Positions 12,683-25,669 of a DNA stretch of 64,000 nt are shown here, in pieces. The stretch's first letter is position 1, and every line of letters begins with the position of its first letter. The notes under the pieces were generated by a model that made no database searches, was not told where the DNA came from, and saw only the letters and a program-made list of their open reading frames with translations. The DNA is taken from NCBI GenBank assembly GCA_910592345.1, contig CAJVPI010000047.1:1-64000 (forward strand), given 5' to 3'. Source of the stretch: Paraglomus brasilianum. Lineage: Eukaryota. Position numbers and translations under genes: made by a program.

Positions 12683-13309
12683 TATTTTTTTTATTAGATA
12701 AAGTAATTTAAATTGCCAGATTCTTATATCCGTGAGAATGTCATGTGATTTCTTGGTACGTGTTACAATAAAACGTTGTTGCCATTCAAGATGAGCATAA
12801 TTCCATCGGATCATCCGGCTATATCGTATTTTCGATCCCAAGACTAATCATTTCTTCTCTAATCAGCGTTTATATGTAAGTATACCCCGTCGCTGCTGTA
12901 TACGCAACGCTTTCTGGTGAATACTGTTTAAATCAATGATTTCAATCAGCATTCATTAAACGGAAATATATCTCAAAGGAATAACGTATAATTCATTATT
13001 TTTCTATCACAAATCAGTCTCACTTTATATCAACGCCATATCCGTCTACGTTCCCTTCTTTCAGCTCAGGTTCCGAATTCCCTTGTTATGAGGTTTTCTT
13101 ATACAAAAGGCTCAGCATAAGTTTATATTCTCTGGCCTTTGACGGATTTTAGCGAACAATCTTTTTTACGAGTTAATTAGAGAGTTAGCGTGTGTTGACG
13201 TTAATCAATCACGCAATATTACGTGATCAGACGCTCGCGCATACGTATATCCTCTATATATGGCATAGTAGTATGCGCAACTTTCGATTTCAAGTCGGAT
13301 TATAAATAT

Positions 13310-15007
13310 TTATTGGAAATAAAAAATTTCCTCCCTCTCTCTTCCTCGTAAAGGCTTCCCTTCGCTTCCCTTCAGATAGACGTCTGTATATAAATCCGAT
13401 GGGCTGGGAAAATCGTCTTTTAACGCTTTCTGTTTTTCTTCTTCTATGTAACTTCGTGCGTCCTTCTCTATCTGCTTAAGCTCTGTATCTGAAACTAAAT
13501 TGTGATCTAGTATTCGTTGACGTAATCCAGTGATTGGATCATTTGCACTACGCATGTGGCTGATTTCTTCGCGCGTTCGATATGTTGTACCTGGATCGGA
13601 CATTGAATGACCACCATAGCGATAGGTTACCATTTCAAGGATCAAGGGACCCTTTTCGGCAGTCACCCAGTCTTTAGCAAATTTACAGGCTTGGCGTACT
13701 GCTAAAACGTCCATGCCGTTCATCTATGGAAAAACGTGAGTGATTCGTACGCGCGTACAAACATAGTTGTAGTAAGCAAGACCACAAAATCGCGTATAAA
13801 GAATACATGTCTCTGTCAACCTAAATTTTACATACTCGTAATCCCGGTATGTATTCGCATCGCGTGTAGTATTTAGAATTAGCCGAGCTTCGGTTTGCAG
13901 ATGTACCCATTCCATAAAGATTGTTCTCGCATACATATACTATGGGCAGTTTCCAGAGCGCAGACATATTATAAGCTTCAAATACTTGTCCCTGGTTTGC
14001 TGCACCATCGCCATATAATGCAAAAGTTGCTGCTCCGGTATTTAAGTATTTTTGCGTAAAAGCTATTCCCGTCCCTACTGGAACCTGTGATTGTAAGAAG
14101 GAATAAATGTCAAATCATGTAGATAGGCAATAATAACGTTGCAATACTGTTCTGCTTACAGACATACCTGAGCTCCAACAATCCCATTCCCGCCATAGAA
14201 ATTCTTTGCAAACATATGCATGGATCCACCCTTGCCACGAGATAAGCCCGTAACCTTTCCTATATATCAAAGGCAATAAAAGTAAGCAGTTGATTACGAG
14301 CGAGCATCTCTATGTACACAGTGAAATTCACTTTTAACAAAGTCTCACTTTAACGAAGATCGCTTTATAATAACGAAGTTCTTTCCAGAACAAATTCATA
14401 TATTTCGTATTAAAGACAGTTCACTTAAGCAAACTACCAGGTTAACGAAGCAAAACCGTTGAACGAATGTCTTCGCTAAAGTGAATTTCACTGTGTAATA
14501 CCTTGATGCACACAATTGACATTTACCCATTAACTCGGCAAGGACTTGATAGGGAGTAGCACCACGGACCATGGCAAACCCATGGCATCTATAAGCAGTT
14601 ATTACATGGTCGTCTGGTGTAATTGCAGCTTCTAAGCCAACCGGAATTGCTTCCTGATTAAACAATCCGATCACACATTAGCAATCCAAATAGCTTTAAG
14701 CAAATAGTTGATGCTTTTAACTCACCTGTCCAGTACACAAATGACAAAAACCTCTGATCTGTTTCGATTTATACAGGCCGTCCGCAGTGGTTTCCATTCT
14801 CCTTATTGTTACCATTTGCTTATATAAATCGACTACCTCTTCCTTTGTCACCTGCACTTCAAGCGACGGTGGCTCAATATTGTGTGGTATGATAGAATCC
14901 TCTGGGAGCGTGATGGTTGTTAACTCTGCACTCGTAGAGGCATAAGTACGAACAAAAGCGCCTCGTACTTGACGAAGTGCGAGGCGTGAAGCTTCAGAGA
15001 GACGCAT
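13310..15007 (-). CDS. PDA1: Pyruvate dehydrogenase E1 alpha subunit, mitochondrial (multi-exon)
   Basis: Motifs [53 protein letters not shown] and [21 protein letters not shown]. Start placed at MRLSEASR; in-frame upstream ATGs exist. Confidence 0.97.
14317..14495. mobile_element. ~180-bp MITE in a PDA1 intron
   Basis: Perfect 20-bp inverted repeat including TA: TACACAGTGAAATTCACTTT (14315-14334) / AAAGTGAATTTCACTGTGTA (14478-14497). Internal TAACGAAG repeats as in pogo-type ends. Confidence 0.8.
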
Positions 15008-15814
15008 GGTAAAAGAGAGCATGACTATGGAAATTGTCAGAACAATCAATGCTAGCATCTACTGTACTTATATCAGCACGTGCAATTGTTCTGTCATCAT
15101 AAGGAAATTTCTCCTGATCTGGCAAGTAAAATTTTGGTACGCCGAACGATATTATGTTGGAAGGTAAAGGCCAATATAATACACACCGTGCGACACAAAA
15201 GCTTGGGTCTTTTAGTTTTATTTTGACTCGCTACAAATCCTTTGCATAATTAAGAAGAATAATGCAGTAGTATTAACATTAATTTAATAATAATATTATT
15301 AATATCAACACGTCCCTGTCATTAATGTTATTTTTAACCAATCAAATAAATTATTTTTATTATTAAATTAATGTGATATTAATGATCACAGGTATTCCGA
15401 AACCTAAGTCATGAATTCTGTCCTTTTCCCATGATCCCGCTGACGTATATATATGAACTTATTAATCTCATAAAGTAAAGTCATATTGACCTTATAAGAC
15501 AGATGTTAATTTACATCGTGCGATCAGGAGATTCCATAATAATCTTGATAATGAAATATCGATATACTAACACAAACACGTCCATACCAATTGCCTGGAA
15601 GTGTCTATCACGAGGCACAAGTTGCCACTAAAGTTCAACTAATCCGTAATCAGGAGAGTTGTTATGTCTGTATGTATTAAATTGGAGAGATAACACGATA
15701 ATGATAATAGAATAAACAAAATCTTATTTAAGAAGATATTCCCGTTGTAATCATTCACCAACGCTAGCTGGAATCATGTATAATGTTAGCCAAACCGTAC
15801 AAGAATGATCACGA

Positions 15815-15818
<4 letters not shown>

Positions 15819-15847
<29 letters not shown>
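15819..15847. repeat. (TC)n microsatellite
   Basis: Seen directly in the sequence. Confidence 0.9.
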
Positions 15848-15850
<3 letters not shown>

Positions 15851-16550
15851 CAATAATCGCATCCAATATTCTTCCGAGTTTATTCTTCATTACATTGCAA
15901 TTTAGCCAAGCTATTGACTTTTGTTCGCAATCAAGAGCTTAATCATTTCTTGTCATCTTGTCGTTATTACATATATACTTTTAAGTAATGCCATACTCCT
16001 GCGATATTTTCTTTGATCAAATATCTTATCAAAAAGCCTGTTCAATCGTCCGATTTCATTAGACACACTTGGGTTTAAATAGACACCAGAACCTATTACA
16101 CCTTCAAATCATAACGCGATTAATGTTGCTGTTGTGGTATTACTTAACCCTTCTAATTAAACATCTTTATTCCAGGACACCACAGACACATATATATAGT
16201 GTTCAAATAACACGAAATACCAGCTGTGGACTGGTATAACACTTACTCTGTTGACAGTCAAAGCATTGAACTATTGTGCTAAGATTATACTTGCTTCATC
16301 TGTAAACAGCAGGACATCTAGTCTTACCTTATTAATGATTACAACCATCTGAAATGGCTCTTAAAGTTCAGCGTCAATCCAAAAAGTCTTGAGTTGACCA
16401 AGACTACATAAAAAGATTAAAGCAAAAAGAAAAAAAAAATAAAAGGGAAACAAAACTTAAATTATTGTCCGTATGATGAAGACTATCAGCGATAGTTTTA
16501 ACAACTCTCCCCCTTTTTTGTATAAGAGTGTAGTCACTCGTCAACTACTA

Positions 16551-17841
16551 TCACATAACCTTAAACTCCAATCTCTTAATTTGCCGTCGAGTCAGTGGAT
16601 GTCTGCACAGAGAACACATCCGCTGTGCCCGAACAGCAGTACGAATACATTCTCTACAAAATATGTGTCCACACGAGGTGGCTGAAATGTCCTTTGGCCA
16701 ATCTAAGCATATTGCACACTTTATTTGAAGACCACGCGGTGCATCTGACGATGCAGGCTTGGGCGGCTTGGGCGACGGCGTAGGAGAAGCGTCATCAATA
16801 ATGATCACTTCACTCGATTGTGGCCTTGGAGTAGACAGTGTCAAATCAACGACATCATCTTTATGATTTATGACAGAGCGAAGCGGTGATGAAGATGGCG
16901 ATACAGCATAGTATGCGGAATTTGAAGATGTTGATGATGAAATGGCTGAAAAAGTTGTGTTCAATAAATTCACCATCTCGAATGAATTCGCCTCACCCGT
17001 TCTTGCCTCTGTCCTGCTATTCCCGCCCCTGACCGGTGTAACTGTCAAATCTACTATTGGCACGTCCTCCCTAAATCCGCTATCACTTCCTGGTGTTGAA
17101 GGACCTCCGCTTGTATCGGTAGAGTCGATCGATAAAAACGATCGCAGCGATGGTAACGTTACGTTTCCATTCATATCATTCTCTCTTGCGGATTGTATTG
17201 GTGGCAGAGAAATTGCATTCGGTGAACAATTTACACTCGATGGTAGAGAAATTAAGCTTGGTGATCGATTTGCGCTTGGCGGTCGATCTGGAAGAGGAGG
17301 AAGGATTATTGGGGACGTTCGAGCAGTGCGTGATGATTCTGCTATAGCATCTAAGCACAGTATTAACAGAAAAAAGAACGGGTAAGTTGTTTTATTAAAA
17401 GTAGACGGTAAATGACTACAAAGAAACAGCCTGAAATACACACTTTCTCTATCAATAGATCTTTCGGCTCGTACTTTTTGTCGTTTTGCAGTTGTAGTCG
17501 CAGCTGGCGTATGTGTTCGTGTTGTGGCTATTGAATAGCATTTAAGTATTAATACGATTAATAACAGCAACGTCCAAATAATGAATAAAAATATTGCTCC
17601 AAGCGACTCAATACAGCTCACTAATACAAATTATCCAAGCAGTATCGCTTAAGCTGTAATAAATCCTTTCCCCTTTCTTCCCCTTTGCAATCTATACGCT
17701 AGTATACTTACCTTCACCTTCGTTCTCTTCTTGAAGACTCCTGCTCCTTTTTCTAGTTCTGCTACTTGGCCCGTCCTCATTTCTTGCGGTTCTTGCGCTA
17801 AGACGAGTATTCATGGTTCTCGGCTGTTCCGTTGATGTCAT
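16551..17841 (-). CDS. RING finger protein with SUMO-interacting motifs (RNF4/Slx8/Rfp-like STUbL)
   Basis: C-terminal C3HC4 RING CAICLD...CGHIFCREC...CSLCR and SIM-like PIVDLT, VVDLT, VIIIDD. Basic N-terminal exon MTSTEQPR...RKRSR at 17841-17712 is followed by a GTAAGT donor. Confidence 0.82.
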
Positions 17842-18310
17842 AGTGATGTTAATGAGCGTTTTCGCTTTATTAACTAAATATTTTTTTATGACGGGGTATC
17901 CTTTTTGTCTATACGAACACCTCAAGTCTCCATACAATAGATAAATCAAATACGACTCACAACACGCATATTAATATAATTCAGCGCTGTATCGCACAAA
18001 GTTCGAAAACAGATTAAAGCAAAGGAAGAACTACAATTATGGCAAATAGACCTTGTTTATTTTATATAGGAAAGCAAAAATGAATCTGTGAGATTATGGG
18101 CGTCAATTGTGACACGAATTTTGAGATTAGTTGATGCCGAAATTTACAATATCGTGCATCACGCGAAAAAATTTACACCTCACCACCAATCATTGATTCT
18201 TTAACGTTAAACAACAACGAACATGCTCATGTGACCACGCATGTAAACAAAGATAACAGGAAGAAATTGCTTGCACCCATTACAGAGGCATTCACGTGTT
18301 CAAGAGATCG

Positions 18311-18393
18311 AGAAATCAGACAGTGTGAATACTTTCGACTTCCACATGGGAAAAGTTTTTTCAGAATTTTCAGTGTGATAGTCATCATTTGTT
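18311..18393 (-). ncRNA. Box C/D snoRNA, dual guide for large-subunit rRNA (predicted equivalents of yeast Um2724 and Um2729)
   Basis: On the minus strand: box C ATGATGA (18388-18382), D' CTGA (18364-18361), D CTGA (18319-18316). Guides TCACACTGAAAAT and GTATTCACACTG are complementary to the conserved LSU sequence GAUUUUCAGUGUGAAUAC. Flanking stem TTCAAGAGAT/ATCTCTTGAA. Confidence 0.88.
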
Positions 18394-18594
18394 CCAATCT
18401 CTTGAATCACTGAAAGTCGCTTCGATAATCAGGTATTGAAACATTCTTCAATCAGGCATAAGCTCACGCATAAAAATCCCGGACATAAAGCGAACCAATA
18501 TGCGTTTTTTGTATGTTGTTTTTTTATTAGGCTTTGCCCAATGCAAAGTATCGGCATACAAATGAAAAAACGAGCATTACAGCAGGTAGTAACT

Positions 18595-19275
18595 CTAAGC
18601 AACCAAGGCACTTGCAGTCGACGATTCACTAAAGAAAAAAAGCAATTAAGAAAATTAAGAGTTAAGGTAGACGATTAGCGAGCATACGGTTTCCCGTTAC
18701 TCTGCCTAATGTCCAATATATATATTCTATGTTTTAATAGAGAAACGTTCAAATTCATGATTTGGAAAAGGATACTATTTCCAGTTGGGAGCCAACTGAC
18801 CACTGAGCTTGTAATATCTAGACAGACGATGAATTCTTGACTCGATCAAAATGAGACGAAATTTTGCATCCTTGTCTTTTCGGTTACGTTCAAGATGTTT
18901 GCGAACTGCAACAGCTTTCTTTATAAGATGATAGAGATCCTCCGGAATTTCAGGAGATAGACCTGGCGGTGAATTCCATGTTAATTCCCGTTCAACAGAA
19001 ATACAAATCCATTCAATTCATCCATCATATCATAGCTCACTGTTTTTCTTAAGAATCCTCAAAATCTTATTTCCTGTAACGCTCTTCACTTGCGCGATAC
19101 CGTGAGCGTCCCTTAGACTAACACCAATCTGAGACGGTGTCATGCCCTTCTTTGCAAGTTTGCATATTTGCTCGCAGACATCTTCGGGCGTAGTCTTTAA
19201 CCAAGAAGGAGCAGTACGTCGGTATGGCAGAGCTGATCTTGCAATACCTTTACCGGGAGCATGCATACGACCCAT
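18595..19275 (-). CDS. RPS13: 40S ribosomal protein S13 (uS15), 3 exons
   Basis: [11 protein letters not shown]...GNKILRILK / [49 protein letters not shown]...PPNWK / [11 protein letters not shown]. Confidence 0.98.
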
Positions 19276-19669
19276 GTTGGCTTCTTTATTTTTATAAGGT
19301 TACCTTATGCAATGAGAGGGTGTGGAAAAGAGAAAGATTCAACGAGCATAAAAAAAGATTTGTCTAATTTAGAAATCAGGTGAATGTGATTGGACGGTTT
19401 CATTTACATTTGTCACGTCTTAACGACTAAACTCCTATCAGTAATTTTAGCTTTATTGCAATTATTTTTGTATTGTCGTAATGGAGCATAGCAGCATTAT
19501 TTTGTTCCAATCACGCAACAAGCGTTTATAGAGAGAATTCATTCATGAATTTGTAAATAACTCTATTAATGTAATGGCAACTGACAGACAAATATGATGC
19601 AACAAATTGGCTGATAGTTCTCCAAGCCGCATTGAGTCATTCTTTCAGTCAATTATTCACGTTGCGTGG

Positions 19670-21756
19670 TCATGGATTTAGCAGTGCACTCAATGAAACT
19701 CTACTACTTGCACTTTCTCGTGGTTCCTCTTTGACATATGTCTCTTCTTCCTCAGAGACATATTCACCCATTTCTATGTCTTCAGAGTCATCTTTAATGT
19801 CACGTACCCACGCCGATAATATAGAATATGATGGTCCAGGTGGACATTCTTGCCTGTTCAATTGTATGGAGCATAAAGTTCTGGGCTTGAAGAAATTAGA
19901 CAAGATAGAAAAATGACAATTGTTACCTGAGGTTATGAAGAGTTGATAATAGTCTGTTTCTGAGTGGAATGTGGTGGAATATTTCTATTATTTTCTTACA
20001 CTGTTCCATACTATAAACGTCAAAATAATGAATAAATCTGGCATTTGTAAATATAAATTAACCGAAACATAACCAAATCGGCATACTTGTTCTTAAACTT
20101 TGATTCATCGTTTGCCAAAGTTCTCCCATATTTTTCGATTTTATTGACTAAACCCTACAAGAATTAGGTGACATCAGGTGATTAATACGTTCATATACTT
20201 TTGCCTTTCTGATATTCTGTTTACTTACATCTACGGTATCGGGCTTGGGCAAAACAAGCTTGACGTCTGCAGTATAGCTTATCGGCATTGTCCTTGCTGA
20301 GGTACCCGGCTCACCTATTCCTTTAGCGACATCCTGCGGTAGAACAATTAGCTGGAAATATCCTGCATTTGATTGATCTTCAGCAACATCTCCGGTGGCT
20401 TTCAGCACCCCAAACCACTCGTTGCTCAATGAAACAGTAGCCAACATTTTGTTTGTAAACAAGGCTTGATGGAGCGTGTGGTATATTTCTATCTCTATCT
20501 TGGGATAAATTAAATGTTTTGGCGAGAGAAAAAGACCAAACTCATTGTAAGAATAATAGTGGAAGGAAAGGGAAATGGAGTAACGAGATATTACCTCATT
20601 TTTTATATCAGGCATGAGATAAACGTAGTAGGCCGATATGAAAGAGAAGCCTACACTGAGATTATTTTCCTTGAAACCCAATATCGTGATAACATTCGGA
20701 AGTGTCGGTCCTAGACAATGACGGTTAATGATCAAATATAATAATAATGAAACAGATAGTTAATAGTCACCATAACCGCCGACAAATATTGGCTCAAATT
20801 TTACTGGAAAGCAGAAGTGACCACAGGCAATAAACCCGTCAACAGGCACTATAAGAAAGGAAGAATGTACGATATATGTGAGAATGAATAAATGTTGTCA
20901 TTAATACAAACAGAATACAGGTTACATACTTTTAGTGGAGTTGGATCAAATGTGAATTTCGCGGCCTTTTATTTATTACTCGATCGGGAAATGTATTATT
21001 GTACCACAAGATGGACAGGGTTAAGAACTAGTTCAGGGGTTAAGGCGCATGTATATGTAGAGCAAAAAAGTGAACCGCTAACAATGGAAAATGACTAGCT
21101 CAGCCCGTTTACTTATTGTTTCCAATGTTCGCTACTCATCTCCCTCCCGATTTACTAATTCTATTACATCCTAAAAACTTCTACAGAAAAGGTATGGTCG
21201 TATGACGTTTATCTACACTAAATTTGGCTTTTTCTCATACGATAATTTCTTTCTGTTGTTGACGTGTGAGCTCAGAATAGAAAGCAGATACCAATACGAA
21301 ATTTCGATTTGGGCTTAGAACAATGGGTTCACAGAGACTATTACTATAGACAGATTTGTTAATAAAGTTTGCTATCAGTAGACTTGTTATTTATAGCGAA
21401 TTCGCATAGCCAGAGTTCCGTATAGCCAGGTTCACTATAGACAGAGCCAACTGCATTAGTCTCTTTATTACAGTAATTCTAACCCTTTTGGTCCGTACTA
21501 GATAAAAGGTTAAGAATGTGACAAGTCCTTTGTAACGCGCAGCAACTGAATAGTTTATTACTAAATTGAGAGATGACCGATAACGATATTGCGAGGCTTA
21601 TTTCCACGGAATTATTTATGATAACATTTGACACAAAAATATGGTCTTCGACACTAATACTAATCAGACTGCAGCATTGTTCAGTAATTTTTTAATAGTA
21701 AGCACAATAAGTAATAACTTTACCACATAATAGTAATTAATGTACTGGGCAGACAT
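19670..21756 (-). CDS. Integrator subunit 14 (INTS14/VWA9)-like protein; 3' half (20848-19670) intact, 5' half uncertain or possibly pseudogenised
   Basis: Colinear matches, recalled from memory, to animal INTS14: PVDGFIACGHFCFPVKFEP, ITILGF, YHTLHQALFTNKMLATVSLSNEWFGVL, PISYTADV...KPDTVDGLVNKIEKYGRTL. The 5' exons could not be joined cleanly, and the start at 21756 is tentative. Confidence 0.6.
21330..21465. mobile_element. Degenerate MITE-like insertion in the 5' part of the INTS14-like gene
   Basis: Repeated TATAG(C/A)CAG sub-terminal motifs and a short inverted repeat AGAGACTA / TAGTCTCT. TIRs match poorly. Confidence 0.4.
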
Positions 21757-22224
21757 AGATCAATTTATTTTAAGGTCGAAAAGCTCTGTGAAGCATCAAA
21801 CGCGACTTAATCCCCGAAAACTCAAACGCGATTTAATTTACAGTGGAAAATTTAGAGGCCCTAATGTCCATATTAATATGGCAAGGCGTTGGACTAATCG
21901 TAATTATTCAAAGCCAACTTCGAAGTTAACAAATATGCATCCAAAAACAAAATTTAAAAAAAGACTGCTTAACTCTCATTGACTTAAAATCTAAAAAACA
22001 ATTTCGAATTAAAGAAAAGTTCGCACACAACCGGAAAGTAACGAAACGGGAAACTATGTTCATTTTAAAATTTGAAACATGCCCCCTTATCGTTTGAATT
22101 AAGTGCATTTTCCCCATCAAACAACTAATTTCAATGCATGCATGGAATTCATTGTGTTACGTCAGTAAATAAAATACTTCACTCATCCTGATCCATCTTT
22201 GCCTTCCCTGCATTCTTTACTATA

Positions 22225-24681
22225 ATGACAGAGTTTCAGGTAAGCCCCAGTTGTCTTTCTTCCTGCGTATGCTTTCTTACTAGTCACTCTAATTCAGCGT
22301 TGGTTCCATGCTACCTACTTCTCTCCTTTTCGCTCCCTTTTCGATCTTTGCTTCAGTCTTTCACAACCCTAATAAAACGTCTAGAAGCTGCAACTTCGCG
22401 CCTCGAGGATCTTGCCACCTCAACTGCCTCCGCAGCGGCAGTTACAAATAATCTCGGTCGTCCCCCAGTCGGTGGACAGCCCGCGCCGACCTCATACAGC
22501 GTTCCCGCCAGTAATAATGTGCCCGACGAACCGGAGGTGCCTCTCGTATTGGCTGCTTATGATGAGATTATGGAGAATCCGTTAAAGAATTTTGTGGCTT
22601 TATCGAAGAGCATTGGCGGGCTTGTTGAGGATCAGGTTAGAAGAGAGAGAGAGAGAATTTGTGAGTGTTGTGAGTGAGCAAGATGGCTAGTTTGGAGAGA
22701 GCCGGTCGGATGTGATTCTGGCCTGTTAACAAAGTAATTCTCAACTATGAGAGCGCGAATGCGTGAGAAAATACTTACCCCTCAACCACACCGTCATCTG
22801 TCAATCCCAGAATATTATTCGCCAACCCTAATCAATCTGCTATGTCATCTCTCTTATACAATCAGAGCCATTCGGTCGAAGATATTTTTATAGCTCAACG
22901 CGACTTTATATATATCGCAACGCAATCCCAAAAACCCAGTCTTTCTTCCGATACATTTTCCGAACTTCTCAAACTTACGCAACAAGCATTAGAGAAAGTA
23001 TGCGAGTATCGTGAGAATAATCGCCCGTCATCGTTTTTTAACCACCTGTCGACTGTGAGTGAAGGTATAGGCGCATTAGGTTGGGTGACAGTGGAGCCCA
23101 GGCCGGCACCATATGTTGGCGATTTAAAGGAAAGCGCGCAATTTTACGCTCATAGGGTTATTCAAGAGTGGAGGGATCGGTAAGTTCATTCATTTGAAAG
23201 GGACGAAACAAGAGAGATTTAGACGTGCAACGTAGTGAGTATATATTGAAATAGGAAAGAGTTGTTCTATCGACAAGAGAGACTATTGTTTACGGAAGAA
23301 TCTAGCTGAGATGACGGTTTTACTTTGTTTAGAGATAGAGCACATGTAGACTGGGCGAACAGTTTTATTATTCTTCTCACTGAATTACAAGGCTATGTTA
23401 AGAAGTATCATCCAACTGGGCTAGTTTGGAATCCACAAGTAAGATTAATACAACGCATATTTAATCTTTGTTATTGACAATTACAATTCTCTGATTGAAT
23501 TGTATTTCACGTCTCCATTTTAACAGGGAGTGGATGCAAAGACATTCATCGGCCGCAAACCTGCTCAGACTGGTGTATCTTCCACTTCAGCTCCACCGCC
23601 TCCTCCACCGCCGCCGCCGCCGCCTGTGGTACCACCGTCTAGTGAAACATCTTCTGACATGGGAGCAGTGTTTGCTGAGATTAATAAAGGCGAAGGTATC
23701 ACTGCTAGTCTGAAGAAGGTGGATAAGAGTCAGATGACACACAAGAATCCTGCATTGAGGGTTGGCGCAACGGTTGGTGATGTTGGAGGTGAGTTATTTG
23801 GATGAGAATGCATGCGAGAGATAATAATTTATTAAGAAAAAGAAGAGAATGTATTATATAAGTCGCCATGGTGACGGTTCTCGTTGAGCAATATCTCAGA
23901 TTTCGAATCAGGTAATGCAGTACTCATATTCATCTTGTTTATCCCCCAAGCCAAGTCACAGAAGAAAGGCCCGACTGCGCCACCCAAGCCAGCTTCGTTG
24001 AGCATGAAGAAGCCTCCAAAGACTGTATTGGATGGAAATAAATGGACTATTGTTAGTATACTCATTTGTCTTGTTCTTGCTGAGCATTAGTCAGATTGTT
24101 ATTGACTGTTACTTTACTTATGCAGGAGAATTACGAAAACGATAGCAATGTTGTGTTAGATAATACGGCAATCAATCAAACTGTCTATATTTATGGGTGC
24201 AAGAATTCAACGATCCAAGTAAAAGGCAAGGTCAATACTGTTACAGTTGGTGAGTGTAATGAAAATTGTATATCAACAATTACGGCTAGTTGCAGAATAA
24301 TTATCGCAAAGTATTAATGTGTTACTACGACATTGTTTTGCTGTACAAATTACTTATTCTTTAGATTCCTGCCAAAAGACAGGCGTGCTACTGGAGTCTG
24401 TAGTCGCTGCTGTCGATGTCGTTAATTGTAAATCAATTCAGCTCCAGATCCTCGGTAAGACACCGACTATCGCACTTGACAAAACTGACAGCGGTCAAGT
24501 GTTCTTATCGGCATCATGTTTGGATGTGGAAATCCTAACTGCCAAGTGCTCTGCCATCAATATTAACATTCCTGAAATTGGTGAGAATGGTGATTACGCT
24601 GAGCGACCAGTACCCGAGCAACTAAAGAGTACAATCGTCGATGGGAAGCTTATTACCGTTCCCGTTGAACATGCAGGATAA
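22225..24681 (+). CDS. SRV2: Adenylyl cyclase-associated protein (CAP/Srv2), multi-exon
   Basis: LIKRLEAATSRLEDL, FNHLSTVSEGIGALGWV, poly-Pro, WH2-like LKKVDKSQMTHKNP, and a C-terminal CARP beta-helix ending PVEHAG*. 15-nt first exon (22225-22239). Confidence 0.96.
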
Positions 24682-25669
24682 AGGGCATTGGCAGGTTTAG
24701 GAAGTCCCAAGTGAGCGGGTGAAGAGCGTTAGGAGTATCTTAGGAGTAATAGGTTTAATGATACTAAATTATGGGTGTCGAGACTATTTATTTGATGTTA
24801 TGCAAGATAATGATCATTGGGTTGATAGCATAGTAGAGCGTAATTAATGTGCAGTTTTACCTTCGCATACCTTTTATCCGTGACATATTAAAAAGAAAGC
24901 ATTCAAAACTATGCCAAGTGTATTTATCAAATTTGTTATGCAGCTGCTTGTAGTAGCGTCAACACGCTCAGCAACGTACAATTAATGTTAACAATGTCAG
25001 ACATCCAACGTAAAGGTTACTGATAAGAAACCAGTCAACCATATAGAGATGTGAAACTTTGCTAATATTAAGACTGGCATCTCAATATAAATTTACGCTT
25101 ACAACGAATTGGAATGTCGATAATACATTAATATTAACCTGTGTCTGACTAGAAAACTAATACTAATTACAATAACAAAATTACTGAATTTTAAATTTGT
25201 ACCGTGACCAAAGAGATTATATTTATCAATGGCTCAAATTTTTGGGTATCTGATTTTAACGTCTTAACATTTTTCGCAAATAGACTACAACTATGGTCAT
25301 GTTGGAACGCATCATGGTTTGTTGTATCAGCTTTCTAAAGACCAAAAGAAGCAGATCCTTTTAACGTTCAATTTCTTTCGCGATCTGTAATGAGAGAATT
25401 AAAATATGGTGTAGAACGAATCCGCGGCATTAATGAGTAAACAACCTTAATACACTGTGGTGTTATGTTCACTTTGTCTGGTTTTTGTTGCAGCATACCT
25501 CATATAACCAAAAGTATTGCTAAACCCACAATTCCGTAATGAAACTTACACGTGAGATAGCAAATGCACGATTACACTGGTATATATTGACAAAGAATTC
25601 GCGTGTGGATGCGTTCAAAACGTTTATTACATTACTCTCCGCATTAAACATAAATATTAGTACACTCTA

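Noticed and set aside
16942..17385. Antisense ORFs over real genes (also 27471-27869, 32036-32416, 49279-49764, 49731-50297)
   Set aside because: Shadow ORFs on the opposite strand of well-supported CDSs, with no independent motifs.
18296..18410. Hairpin as a SECIS element (some early-diverging fungi use selenocysteine)
   Set aside because: No upstream in-frame UGA selenoprotein. C/D boxes and rRNA guides explain it better.
18629..18775. U14 snoRNA in an RPS13 intron, as in vertebrates
   Set aside because: No box C/D pair or U14 18S-complementary domains in either intron.
21130..21140. In-frame TGA in the INTS14-like region as selenocysteine or read-through
   Set aside because: The reading frame here is not established, other stops are nearby, and no SECIS was seen.
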